From IMG/VR virus record IMGVR_UViG_3300048672_000970, positions 1 to 64,000 of that record: a stretch of 64,000 nucleotides of DNA. One strand, written 5' to 3'. Shown piece by piece: positions 20,201 through 28,449 of the stretch; the stretch's first letter is position 1, and each line of letters begins with the position of its first letter. The translations under genes and the position numbers were made by a program. This DNA is from a virus. Taxonomy: Duplodnaviria > Caudoviricetes. The notes beneath the pieces are model-generated. The model saw only the letters and a program-made list of their open reading frames with translations. It did not search any database and had not been told where the DNA came from.

Positions 20201-21736
20201 AGTGACACCTTCAGTCACCGCATCCGTCGAACCGGGTGATGCAGAGATTTCAATGTATGCTGAACCACTCCATCGATAAGTTTTATTTGAATCAAGTGCT
20301 ACGTAAATTTTTCCCGTTGAACCTGTTGCGGGGAAAGATGCCAAAGCGGCAAATTCCAATACATCATCCACATATGACGGAAGTTGTGTGGCGGGCACTA
20401 AACCACTCGCATCCAATGTCGCAACGCCATTCACGGCCCCTAACAAAGTAGAAGACACCTTGCCATCCAATGCCGTTTGAGTGGCAGTGGAAATCGGTTT
20501 ATTCAAATCTGACGTGTTGTTAACATTACCCAATCCGACATCACTGGACGTTAACGTGATTACACCCGTTCTACCCGCCACTGAAGTAACTGCATCAGTG
20601 AAAGAGATTACGCCTGTTGACGAATTATAGGCAAGGGAACCAGAAACAGAAATAGCATTTCTAGCTCTAGCGTTCGTGAAATAAAGATTGGTGACACCTT
20701 CTGGCAAATTATCAGTATTAACGCCCGCAAGAACCGATGATGTAGAGACGTTATTCCAAGTCTGCGTCGTTGAGTTATATGAAAGCAGTTGTCCATTTGC
20801 CAGAGAAGTGAAAGATATGTCATCAAGTTCACTGACCAATGTACCAATTTGAAGCTCAACTCTAATTTGACCTACCACCGCATGACTTCTAACACAGTAT
20901 CCGATTCTGATAGATTTGTGCGGGGCGGCAGGTTTAACATTAGTAATTCCACCCGGCACCGATGCCGACAGCCATAACACATCATTTTCAGTAAATGCAG
21001 AAGTATCAAGGTCGTGAATCAAACCGCCCGTCGTCACAAACCCTTGTTGGTTGTTAAGGATATCTTCAGTCAAAACACCAATGACATTAGTCGCATTTGA
21101 TAAAGTATCAGACTGAGCCAAAGCGACAGTCGTTCTTTGCCCCTGTGAACCAGTTACTCGGACAACTTTTCCGTTCACCAAATCTACACCTGTTTTATTC
21201 AAAACGAGTGCAACTTGTTCTTGACCAATTTGCAGGGTGACGTTGCCACCAATCAAGCCGAGGTCTAACGTCCCATCAGTCGCATTCCACGATAGTTGTC
21301 CAACTGCCGGAGTGACAGTTGCGGCTTGATTGAACCGCATTGAATCAAAAGTCGCAGACGGGCCAGACAGCAAACCCGTAAAAATCGGATTGTTTTTAGG
21401 TAGCGCGTCAGTGATGCCATACCCGGCCAAAGTGGTTGGCGTGGCAAGAATGTTAGAAAAAGAAATGTGCGCGTTGATTGAACCAACCGCGCCAGAAATC
21501 ACTTCACCTGAGTTAGAAGCGTCGGGGATGTAGGTGAATTGTTGCGAGCTGGCGTCAAAACCGAAAAAACCTAGTTTTGGATTAGTTCCGTCATGCCATC
21601 TAAATTCTATACCCCGGTCTTTGTTATCATTAAAGACCAGCGCCTGATTTCCGCCGATGGTAATAATCGGGTCATTCGCGGTAAGCGTATCACCATATAC
21701 GGAAAGATTGTTAGACGCGAATTTAATTTGTGACAT
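14252..21736 (-). CDS. Giant tail fibre protein (2494 aa) with C-terminal 7-repeat beta-propeller
   Basis: TTLAGYGITDA and DVGLGNVDNTSD fibre motifs; seven GxxLAPNGKIYxxP repeats at the C-terminus. Confidence 0.85.
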   Translation of the reverse strand: MSQIKFASNNLSVYGDTLTANDPIITIGGNQALVFNDNKDRGIEFRWHDGTNPKLGFFGFDASSQQFTYIPDASNSGEVISGAVGSINAHISFSNILATPTTLAGYGITDALPKNNPIFTGLLSGPSATFDSMRFNQAATVTPAVGQLSWNATDGTLDLGLIGGNVTLQIGQEQVALVLNKTGVDLVNGKVVRVTGSQGQRTTVALAQSDTLSNATNVIGVLTEDILNNQQGFVTTGGLIHDLDTSAFTENDVLWLSASVPGGITNVKPAAPHKSIRIGYCVRSHAVVGQIRVELQIGTLVSELDDISFTSLANGQLLSYNSTTQTWNNVSTSSVLAGVNTDNLPEGVTNLYFTNARARNAISVSGSLAYNSSTGVISFTDAVTSVAGRTGVITLTSSDVGLGNVNNTSDLNKPISTATQTALDGKVSSTLLGAVNGVATLDASGLVPATQLPSYVDDVLEFAALASFPATGSTGKIYVALDSNKTYRWSGSAYIEISASPGSTDAVTEGVTNLYFTNTRARNAISVSGSLAYNSTTGVISFTDAVTSVSGRTGVITLTSSDVGLGNVDNTSDVNKPISTATQTALNLKLNASAPAYTGGITGTGVVNLDSNQFVKDANGHIGLGIIPHTSWNAAAKVIDFQSRGSIGAGTNGAVGDLFLATNAYTTGNDPGTATWNYRAAGLATKIESYNGVITLDTAVTGALDGAISWARGITVNATGVGVKTTSVTEALQIGDGTAGLTKFYQRLFGSSTGADLYIGQSSGTIFGHTAGTIGVVYQNASAPLGIVAAGAGQDLLFGAGGSSTIRAKISGTDGSLSVTSTTASTTTTTGAVIISGGVGIAGNVNIGGTLSATGGLPLSNVRDDNGTALYDDSVKNNLMEAPRWGSSLDGWNPYGIQGTNSTAYTVMPNGEYSVVWQGDSIIGNLNWFAGPYSKLVKVYPDRTYRFIMPIRRTSANTDGHVIYIGATAVANVVDTLNTSTTNSNAYFLAVNIANLIQNKWYLLVGHIYPTGVTGFTNQAKLIDMDTGDNAAPGVVSTLTDFNWNAAVTQFRMRSGLHKPTAATQICTAQWGKPKFEVMDGSESDYTKLFASPSGIGNALGLVGTNVTINGNKIRKTGGVNSTWDAGAYSTVGYAGGSFVRFRIANLSTAYMVGLNTDPATDSNYTGIDYAVYINSASFSVYESGTAYSNLTTVAVGDIISITYDGVNVKYYKNGTIVRTVAATVTASLYFDSSIFTLSSGTIEDVEFGPLVSTNWADVGNKPTTISGYGITDAVNTADSFNLGTTSITLNRASGAQSLTGISIDGSAATVTGAAQTAITSLGTLTGLTSSGVVNITNATASTNTTTGALTVAGGVGIAGDLFAGTYNTANSTASALTASLTRFQGDTNFRLNIRNGAGTAVSTEAARIGLEYSGSLNAGISFFRGAGTTGGYLTFSTNNGTTYATLTAAGQLSLAATTASTSATTGALVVAGGVGVSDAIVATNGYASISAATTTIFTPGGAKYSNAAANLRGAFVITLPQSWTTTMMDMHIRVFLYAAGQGFDLYCSGYNYQPSTQWFNTSARIVGQPDVTQNYKVRFGHDGTKCVIVIGDENATTGSLWQYPRVEVVRWSGAQSTFGVASWNTGWAISLVNDLTTYTFTSTLTNTQVNTVTASLGSNIAASTGRNSPAAGVYTQNTTNASLGDTTPVAYWATLGFGRGTGGSIEIAGSWHTSNSLWYRGLRDTTDNWTAWKEILTSASYNTYSPTLTGTGASGTWSISVTGSAATVTGAAQTAITSLGTLTGLTSSGAVSITDTTASTSTTTGALVVSGGIGSGGNAFINGTLTTGGNVYFGSVTGSSTYRLHVETPGIAGVALAQRISSSGNGGSGRGTGFVIAAPGSASAVEVVRIDGLQETASATANNASYVVNVANTSGTLTERHRINAAGDIIFGNGDSVASASATIIRGSNTSTNDTAGVNLTIRPGLGKGTGNSGAVVIQAGVTAGSGATANTVVDRVTVNSAGIATTGAITNDTSITAPVVTVAGRSSVKNSVASLFSLPAQEASLSFAAATYETTKITCVADVAGSLAGTYFRLYGPQGTAGAINPSGVEQIIDVWFQVSGAGTQPASGAGRYVLASITTGATAIQVAAAIQTALTGDTAFSSTGVDGAGSITVVSSMPNDFTNSSAGTSGFTVTTIRSGSGAITGSSKYTGGVLAPNGKIYMIPYGSVPFRSFDPDTGVTVSIGAAQGASAYVGGVLGQNGKIYAIPSFVGTVAELDPATNVITQFGSLGATGSIKWWGGVLAPNGKIYCAPGSSGNILVIDPATQTTYTIGSGLSSYQTGALALNGKIYFAPASATTVLVVDPSTDTYTTIGTLSATATKYMGCALAPNGKIYAVPYSATDFLVIDPVAGTATTKGSLAGTAKWCGAVLAPNGKIYGLPRTSTSVLVIDPNTDTASTFGSLGTADKYIGGVLAPNGNIYGIPFSATAILEIGGGASDFPDWYLSAYFNKL
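19982..20701 (-). repeat. Two ~230-nt direct repeats in fibre 2 (19982-20212 and 20471-20701)
   Basis: GVTNLYFTNxRARNAISVSGSLAYNS...NKPISTATQTAL duplicated at an offset of 489 nt. Confidence 0.9.
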
Positions 21737-21791
21737 TTCAAACCTTTTCTAATACTGAACCAGTCATAGTCAGTATTTAGAAAAGGAAACA

Positions 21792-23276
21792 TCACGAATT
21801 GATTAAGTGATAGATGGCTTTGATGACTGTCACTGAAGAAGAAATTGCCGTATAAGTAACGGACAGTACACCGGCCGAAATATTGGCATCGAAAGAAATG
21901 CCGGAAGGGCTGTTAGGAGTGATGCGCGCATATTCAGCCACATACGGCGTAACGTCGTTATGCAACACGAGCAATTCACAAGCTTCAAAATTAGTACCTT
22001 GCGAAATTTGAACAGTCAACTTGATAGCACGGACGGAACTTGCTTGCGCCGCCATCAAAGTTCCAGTTCCCACTGCCGATGAAGTGACAGTTGCACTGGA
22101 TGTCGCAGCATGTTGATAATTCAGTTGTGGAGCGCCAATCGTCCCTGTAAAAGTGCCACCGGCAACAGAAACTGCATCTGTGATTCCATATCCAGAAATG
22201 GTCGTCGGCTTATTTTGAATGACTGACCAATCAGGCGTTAAATCAACTGAGCCAGCCGCCGTGAGTTGACCACGAGAATTAACAGTGAACGTTGGAATTT
22301 TAGTAGCACTGCCATATGCTGCTGCCGTAACACCTGTATCAGTAATGGAAAAAGTATTCCCTGATAACGAAAGTCCGGCACCATTGGTATAACTGCCTCC
22401 ACCACCAGTAGATGTATTGAAATGTACAAATACTAATTCAGTTGTACCAACAACAATCGGGTCAACGGTACTTAACACCCATGCAGAACCTGCGTTAGCT
22501 GTTCCTTTCTGCACATACATGTACATGCCGGAACGAACTTCCGTATTCGTATCTGCATCAGATGCTCGCACCCATGCTGATGCATGCGCGACATAAATTC
22601 CGTTAGTAGAAGCATCAAGCTGGTCTTTCACTAACACTCGGTCATTTTCATTGACAGCTTGCCCATCAATAGTTTGCAGACCGGATAAAGTAATTGGCCC
22701 GGTGGTCGCAACTAAAACAGATTGCTTTGGTAACAGACCTGTAATCGCCGCCGATATTGAATCATCCACATATTGTTTTGTGGCTGCGCCTAGTGCAGTA
22801 ATTGGATTGGCGTGCAGAATAACCGCGCCCGTAAACGTCGCCCCTGAAAGTGATACGCCGTCCGTGATGCCGTATCCGGCCAAAGTGGTTGGTGCGCCAC
22901 TGATGCCACTCCAAGCCACGGAAACGGCCGTAGACGACAAACTAACAACTCGTCCCTTCGTATCCACCTGAATGACTGGAATCGCGCTTCCTGAGCCGAT
23001 TACGGCCGTTGGCAGGCCGGCGATGGTTGCTAACGAAGTGGTGATCGCTGGATAGCCTGACCCGGAGACATCACCCGACAATGTGATAGGTGAGCTGGCC
23101 GACAGATAATTTTGCGCCTTGACAAATTCAGTGGTAGCTATCGCCGTCGAATTATCATTGGTTGCCGGAGTAATTGACGTGCCGCCGCCGTTCAGTGCCA
23201 CTGGCCCGGAGAATGAGCTTTGAACTCCTACAGCCGTTGCTTCAAATCCTTTTGCCTTAAAATTGACCAGTGCCAT
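21792..23276 (-). CDS. Tail fibre protein (494 aa)
   Basis: DNSTAIATTEFV, TTLAGYGITD, AATKQYVD and DRVLVKDQ...NGIY phage fibre motifs. Confidence 0.85.
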   Translation of the reverse strand: MALVNFKAKGFEATAVGVQSSFSGPVALNGGGTSITPATNDNSTAIATTEFVKAQNYLSASSPITLSGDVSGSGYPAITTSLATIAGLPTAVIGSGSAIPVIQVDTKGRVVSLSSTAVSVAWSGISGAPTTLAGYGITDGVSLSGATFTGAVILHANPITALGAATKQYVDDSISAAITGLLPKQSVLVATTGPITLSGLQTIDGQAVNENDRVLVKDQLDASTNGIYVAHASAWVRASDADTNTEVRSGMYMYVQKGTANAGSAWVLSTVDPIVVGTTELVFVHFNTSTGGGGSYTNGAGLSLSGNTFSITDTGVTAAAYGSATKIPTFTVNSRGQLTAAGSVDLTPDWSVIQNKPTTISGYGITDAVSVAGGTFTGTIGAPQLNYQHAATSSATVTSSAVGTGTLMAAQASSVRAIKLTVQISQGTNFEACELLVLHNDVTPYVAEYARITPNSPSGISFDANISAGVLSVTYTAISSSVTVIKAIYHLINS

Positions 23277-23278
23277 TG

Positions 23279-24004
23279 TTATCCTTTAGTTATTAATGTG
23301 ACTTTCCCCTTCATGGTGATACTTGAAGAAGAAGGATTGTCAATGGAAATAACTAGAAGATTATTGGCTAGATGGCTTTCAAACTCTACACCACTCAATG
23401 TCCCCATTCTTCCATACTCGACAATATGACTATTTACGTCATCATGGCATACGAGAAATTTGACACAATCTCTTATACCGTCTTTAGTGATTTGAAAGAA
23501 TCCTTCCAAACTACCGAACGAGTTTGAAAACGAGATGATGGAAGACGTTCCGGCAATTAACGCACTGGCTTCAACTTTTTGTTCAATCATCCCCGAGTAG
23601 GAAATGGTTTCGACAGTTGTCGTGCCGGTTAAATTGACGTTATTGAACTGAGGTAACAAAGATAACCGAGTCAAAGTTTCAGCCGTCACTCGCACATCGA
23701 CTAACGTCTGATTATCACCTGTTGAAGTCCAACTTCGAGCTATCGTATTTTCTTGCCCACGTCCATTAGATTCACAAATGAGCAAATCACCTTGTCGAGC
23801 AACAATCTTGACAATTTCTTGAACAGACGCATTAATGTCTTCTAACGTCATTAGAAAATAATCTGACCCATCACCTGTCGGCTGCGGGAAAATTATTCCA
23901 GTACCCGGAATCAATTTGAAGATGGTGGACGATTCAGTGACATCCTCCATTAACAACGAAGTCGCATTGTTGGCAAATAACTGACGTAGAGAAAGAGGAA
24001 TCAT
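23279..24004 (-). CDS. Virion tail-associated protein
   Basis: FANNA...FP...DYF..TL...EIVKIVARQGD...RGQENT tail-type N-terminus; C-terminus resembles that of fibre 3 (LVCHDD...VEYG vs LVLHND...AEYA). Confidence 0.7.
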   Translation of the reverse strand: MIPLSLRQLFANNATSLLMEDVTESSTIFKLIPGTGIIFPQPTGDGSDYFLMTLEDINASVQEIVKIVARQGDLLICESNGRGQENTIARSWTSTGDNQTLVDVRVTAETLTRLSLLPQFNNVNLTGTTTVETISYSGMIEQKVEASALIAGTSSIISFSNSFGSLEGFFQITKDGIRDCVKFLVCHDDVNSHIVEYGRMGTLSGVEFESHLANNLLVISIDNPSSSSITMKGKVTLITKG

Positions 24005-24043
24005 GCGCTTGATAGTTTGAGTTATTTACCAAGCCTAAAACAC

Positions 24044-24069
24044 AAAAGCCGGGCAATGCCCCGGCTTTT
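24044..24069. terminator. Terminator-like hairpin
   Basis: AAAAGCCGGGCA-A-TGCCCGGCTTTT. Confidence 0.6.
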
Positions 24070-24132
24070 CATAGTTCCTCACAAGGTGACCCATGAATTT
24101 GATAAATACAGGTTGACAACCTGATTTAATAC

Positions 24133-24669
24133 ATGTATGTAATTCCATTACCCGGTGACTCTATCACCACGGATGATGACCACACGTTTATCGTCCAGTC
24201 ATTCACCAACTTCAAACCTGAGGGGCCGGCAGTCTATGTGCAAACTGATGACAAGGTTAATTTTTTCTACTTCTCATCTATCAAAAAGATTAACGGAGTA
24301 CATGTCAAATATTCTGTCAGGGACGGAAAAGTTTTTGTCACTTCAGGCGTTTTCAAACGAAAAGGGAAACCGGGTGATTATACCCTTCCTCAGAAAAATG
24401 ACATTATCTTCGCGCATATTAATGGCGAAGTTCAGAAGCTGAAAGTAGTCAAGTATAACATCATGCACAAAGCGGGTGATTATGCGAAGGGGCTGCGTAT
24501 CATCGGATTACTACAATCTGAAGAAGTGGACGAGGATGCCGAACCCGTCATCATTCTGCTATCACAACTTGTGGACGTGCAAGCAGCTATCGGCCACCGA
24601 GCATTTAACCGGGCGGCCTTTAGCAAGCTATACCATGAGTATTACCCACTCAAGGGTAAGAACGTTTAA
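24133..24669 (+). CDS. Hypothetical protein (late-promoter motif upstream)
   Basis: 178-aa ORF; TAAATA at 24103-24108. Confidence 0.65.
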   Translation: MYVIPLPGDSITTDDDHTFIVQSFTNFKPEGPAVYVQTDDKVNFFYFSSIKKINGVHVKYSVRDGKVFVTSGVFKRKGKPGDYTLPQKNDIIFAHINGEVQKLKVVKYNIMHKAGDYAKGLRIIGLLQSEEVDEDAEPVIILLSQLVDVQAAIGHRAFNRAAFSKLYHEYYPLKGKNV

Positions 24670-24866
24670 TCGTCTTTCTCGTCGTCCAGATAGGCGAACA
24701 TGTCGAAATCATCTTCCGCGTCATCTTCCGTGATGACGCGGTGGCGATACTTGTTCTCCTTCTGACGTTCCTTTTCAAGAACGCTGTGTTTTGCCACTCG
24801 ATACGCACGCCCGTCGAGTTGACGGTCACGCGATTGGTCATTACGAGATTGGCTATTCTGACTCAT
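24666..24866 (-). CDS. Small protein with acidic C-terminus
   Basis: 66 aa ending EDDAEDDFDMFAYLDDEKDD. Confidence 0.55.
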   Translation of the reverse strand: MSQNSQSRNDQSRDRQLDGRAYRVAKHSVLEKERQKENKYRHRVITEDDAEDDFDMFAYLDDEKDD

Positions 24867-24868
24867 GA

Positions 24869-25291
24869 TTACGATTCCTTTGTGTAAAGTTGGTTAATGA
24901 ACGTTTCCCGCAAATCACGGTAACGGTTCATCTTGGTCTGAACTCGCTGCCGTTCAGCTTCGTTCAATTCTATCACTCGACTCATCAATTTGGCAAGTGG
25001 TGCAAACTCATTTGTTTCCGTTGCCGTGTTGATGAAAGTAATTATGCTCTCTATCACTTCTTCTGTCAAGCCAATCGATTCAACTGGTAGAGAGAAATTT
25101 GTGTCTGAATGTAACAACCTGTCTCGAAGTTCGTCTCTATTGAACGGTTCGGTCAAGCTGACCATTTTGAATCGGACGTTGTGCCCACTAGCCGTTTTTT
25201 CAAACGCGAAAGCGATTCCGCCATTTTTTAGCGGCTGGTAAACCCCTTTCCGATTGTCCCACCTAAGGGGACGGAAATACCTAAAAATCAT
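24869..25291 (-). CDS. Hypothetical protein
   Basis: 140-aa ORF. Confidence 0.65.
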   Translation of the reverse strand: MIFRYFRPLRWDNRKGVYQPLKNGGIAFAFEKTASGHNVRFKMVSLTEPFNRDELRDRLLHSDTNFSLPVESIGLTEEVIESIITFINTATETNEFAPLAKLMSRVIELNEAERQRVQTKMNRYRDLRETFINQLYTKES

Positions 25292-25377
25292 CTACACCCC
25301 AAATGCACGAGTAACACACTGAGAAAAATTACGCAAATGAATCCAATCATCACCCGGTAAGTTTTATCGTTCTTCAT
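25288..25377 (-). CDS. 29-aa single-TM peptide (not in the ORF track)
   Basis: MKNDKTYRVMIGFICVIFLSVLLVHLGCR; GGAG RBS, TAAATA at 25400-25405, ATGA overlap with the next gene. Confidence 0.5.
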   Translation of the reverse strand: MKNDKTYRVMIGFICVIFLSVLLVHLGCR

Positions 25378-25405
25378 GTGTCACTCCATGTTTAACAATT
25401 ATTTA

Positions 25406-26320
25406 CTAGACAGCCATAGGCGCAGAAATTGCTGAGTCATGAGTGTAGTTCACCAGCTTGAAGCTGTCAAGCGTAAATTGCTCCAGCGATGTAACAGCCG
25501 GGTCAACCCACAGTGAAGGGACTTGATGGGGCACGCGGGTCAATTGTTCTTCTACTTGCTTCACATGATTCAGATAGATGTGCGCGTCGCCAATTGACAA
25601 AGTTAATGTACCCACTTTCATTCCAGATAGATGCGCGAAGATATGGGTCATTAATGCATAGCCTGACACATTGAATGGATTGCCAAGAAACATATCATTA
25701 CTTCGGATGTAAACCTTGCACGAAAGGGTGTTATTTCTAACGTAGTATTGGCTCATCATATGACAAGCGGGTAACGCCATCAGTCCATCATCTAGTTCGC
25801 CAGGATTGTAATTCAGAAGAATGTGCCGCCGACTATAAGGGTCAGATTTCAGGCTAGTCAGTAAATTTTGCACTTGGTCAGTCAGATGGATGTTACCCTC
25901 ATTGTCAACCGTCCGCCAGAAACGTAGTTGCTCCCCATATACGCGGCCTAGGTCACCATCGTAAGCGGCTTTAGGCTTCCAGTAATCGGCATTAGCATTT
26001 GCCGTCCAAATGGTCTTTTTACTCGCGTCCCGTGTCCCATACTGAATTTCAGCGAGGCGCCGTTCATCACTAGACCCTTCTAGGAACCAAAGGTTTTCAG
26101 CGACCATTGAGTTAAATGCCAGTTTCTTCGTCGTGATGGCCGGAAAACCAGCCGCCAAATTGACACGAATGTCTACGTCAAAAATACTTTTAGTACCAAC
26201 ACCCGTTCTATCAGTAGACACTTCGCCAAACCGAAGAATGTCTGACATAATATTCAAATACTGATATTCCCACGAAGGGACGGTTACCATATCATCTTGC
26301 CACATACTTTTCCTTTCCAT
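25406..26320 (-). CDS. thyA: Thymidylate synthase
   Basis: TTKKLAF, ENLWFL, LGRVYG, MALPACH (catalytic Cys), [22 protein letters not shown]. Confidence 0.96.
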   Translation of the reverse strand: MERKSMWQDDMVTVPSWEYQYLNIMSDILRFGEVSTDRTGVGTKSIFDVDIRVNLAAGFPAITTKKLAFNSMVAENLWFLEGSSDERRLAEIQYGTRDASKKTIWTANANADYWKPKAAYDGDLGRVYGEQLRFWRTVDNEGNIHLTDQVQNLLTSLKSDPYSRRHILLNYNPGELDDGLMALPACHMMSQYYVRNNTLSCKVYIRSNDMFLGNPFNVSGYALMTHIFAHLSGMKVGTLTLSIGDAHIYLNHVKQVEEQLTRVPHQVPSLWVDPAVTSLEQFTLDSFKLVNYTHDSAISAPMAV

Positions 26321-27035
26321 GTCTTTCCATAATTAAAGCCAGTTTCTTTCCATCCAGATGTGCGACATCTGTAATGTCTGGGTGCAGTTTAACATACAAA
26401 TCACCCAATCGATTATTAATCTTGTTCGTGATTGGATTCCAGCCGAACGTCCCTTGACCCGCCACCTTCAAATACTGGTCAGTCTTAAATCCTTCTGGGA
26501 CACGAATTAACGTATTTTTCCCTTGCAGGTTTGGCACCTTGATGACACATCCAAGGATAATGTCCAAAACATCAATCTTGAACTCAGTAATCAAATCACC
26601 AGAATTGGCGATGGTGTTATAGTTTTCACGAAATGAAAACATCGAATCTCTCACACTAACCGATAGTTCAACTGTCAGTTTAGCCGTTCCATCCACACTT
26701 GTTAACACCATTCGACGTTGAAAATCTCGCACCCCTTTAACCAATTTTACTTCATACTCTTTCCCACCATATGAGAACGTGTGCAAAAATCCTTTGTATG
26801 CTTCCGGAATAGTGATTTCTAACGTGAGATGATGCGTATTTGAAAAGAGAGTTTGTCCGTGGACAATATGCTCATAGGCATTCTTGATAATTTTGAACTG
26901 TTCTTCAGCTTCTGCCTTGAACTGGTCTTGAATACGGTCTGGATGAAATTTGGACGCGAGGCGTTTGTACGCTTGCTTGATTTCATCCATTGAAGCATTC
27001 TTTTTAATTCCGAGGATGGCGTGTGGATTGGTCAT
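26292..27035 (-). CDS. dnaJ: DnaJ/CbpA-like co-chaperone
   Basis: N-terminal J-domain with HPD motif; C-terminal domain with LKVAGQG and GDLYV; no Zn finger. Confidence 0.88.
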   Translation of the reverse strand: MTNPHAILGIKKNASMDEIKQAYKRLASKFHPDRIQDQFKAEAEEQFKIIKNAYEHIVHGQTLFSNTHHLTLEITIPEAYKGFLHTFSYGGKEYEVKLVKGVRDFQRRMVLTSVDGTAKLTVELSVSVRDSMFSFRENYNTIANSGDLITEFKIDVLDIILGCVIKVPNLQGKNTLIRVPEGFKTDQYLKVAGQGTFGWNPITNKINNRLGDLYVKLHPDITDVAHLDGKKLALIMERHGKEKYVAR

Positions 27036-27046
27036 AAAGTCCTTTC

Positions 27047-27069
27047 AAGCTGGGGCATGGCCCCAGCTT
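27047..27069 (-). terminator. Hairpin after the topoisomerase gene
   Basis: AAGCTGGGGC-ATG-GCCCCAGCTT. Confidence 0.5.
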
Positions 27070-27072
27070 CCA

Positions 27073-28410
27073 TTACAGTTTTAGTTCGTTCAGTTCACGG
27101 ATATACATCTTTTCCGGCGTATCCGCTTCAACCGTCAGTTTCTTTTCTTCCAGTTGCGTAATGTCTGTTTCCAGTTCAGCAATTTTCGTCTTAGTCAAAT
27201 TCCACATCGGCATGTCGAGTAGTCGGTCATAAGAAGAAAATTCATTGGCTAGCAACAGGGCAATCAATTCGGCTTTCGCCGTCTCCTTGAATATGTTTAC
27301 GTTCGTCAGGTAAAACTTGATAAATCGAATCTTCTCTTTCGCCCACGCGATATCATAGGCAATCTTTTCGAGTAGTTTGATTTTACGAACTTCATACTGA
27401 CCCATGCGCCACATGACAAATTCTTCTAGCATTTCTTCCACGCAGGCGAATTTGGTAATGGTTCCTGACGCATCCCACATGGTAACGTTCTCCGTATTTT
27501 TCACCCGTAGGCCTAGCAGGTCGATGAGTTCTTCTTCCGACTTAGCAAAAGTTTCTCTATCGACATAAACTGAAAAATCAATACCAGTTTCTTCACCTGA
27601 GAAATTATCACAGTCTTTGATAACACCCTCATCAATCAGTTCCGTCAGTTTTTGCTTATACGCAAAAGCTTCGATGGTAAACGGAATCTCAGTCACTTTG
27701 ATGACAGGGGTCTTGCCCGCTACTTTGGTAATTTTTCCCGAGACGATAACTTGTCCAGTGGTTTTAGATTTTTCGACAGTTCCCGTAAATCCTTCCCAAT
27801 ACGGGACTAATGAATTAGGTTCCAGTTTGTTACCTTTCAAAACCTGCTTGATGGCCTTGACAATATCTTTCGGATTGTAGCTGAAGATGTTAGTCGCGTG
27901 ACCAGTTCCCATCCCTGCTACACCATTGAGTAATGTGATAGGTAGAATCGGAATAAAGAATCTTGGTTCAACTCGCATCCCGTCCGACAGTTTCTGTTCA
28001 AGGATGAGGTCATCTTCCTTCCTGAACAGCTTGCGAAAGATGGCAGTGTTCAGTTTGGTTTTGACATATCGAGAGGCAGATGGTTCAAAAGAGAGTCGAT
28101 TGCCAAATTGGCCGTGAGCTTCAAACAGAGGAACGTTATTCGTTCCCGCAAATTTCTGCGCCATCTTAATGATAGTGCCTTCCATACTGACCGCGCCGTG
28201 CCGGTAATCAGTGATGGAGCAAACGGCCGCAGCAATTCGTTCGACCGTATCTTTATCGGCCGATTCCCCTCTCGCCAAAATGCCCCACAATGCCTTTCGC
28301 TGGGATTCTTTCAGTCCGTCAAGAAAAGGAATATGACGGACGTTAGATTGGTTTGAAAAATGAATGAGTTTGGTGTCAATGAACTCAGAGGTGGTGGTTG
28401 TGTTTACCAT
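27073..28410 (-). CDS. Type IIA topoisomerase, GyrA/ParC-like subunit (T4 gp52-like)
   Basis: DGLKESQRK, YRHG, GQFGNR, SASRY (catalytic Tyr), LLNGVAGMGTG. Confidence 0.93.
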   Translation of the reverse strand: MVNTTTTSEFIDTKLIHFSNQSNVRHIPFLDGLKESQRKALWGILARGESADKDTVERIAAAVCSITDYRHGAVSMEGTIIKMAQKFAGTNNVPLFEAHGQFGNRLSFEPSASRYVKTKLNTAIFRKLFRKEDDLILEQKLSDGMRVEPRFFIPILPITLLNGVAGMGTGHATNIFSYNPKDIVKAIKQVLKGNKLEPNSLVPYWEGFTGTVEKSKTTGQVIVSGKITKVAGKTPVIKVTEIPFTIEAFAYKQKLTELIDEGVIKDCDNFSGEETGIDFSVYVDRETFAKSEEELIDLLGLRVKNTENVTMWDASGTITKFACVEEMLEEFVMWRMGQYEVRKIKLLEKIAYDIAWAKEKIRFIKFYLTNVNIFKETAKAELIALLLANEFSSYDRLLDMPMWNLTKTKIAELETDITQLEEKKLTVEADTPEKMYIRELNELKL

Positions 28411-28449
28411 ACTTTCCTTAAAATAGGCGGGACGAGTCCCGCCGTTACA

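Noticed and set aside
10812-22971. Numerous 60-126-aa plus-strand ORFs within the fibre genes
   Set aside because: Shadow frames caused by the biased codon usage of T/A/G-rich fibre proteins.
10527-23276. Diversity-generating retroelement or invertase shufflon acting on the fibre repeats
   Set aside because: No reverse transcriptase or recombinase in the window; repeat differences are mostly synonymous-type rather than adenine-specific.
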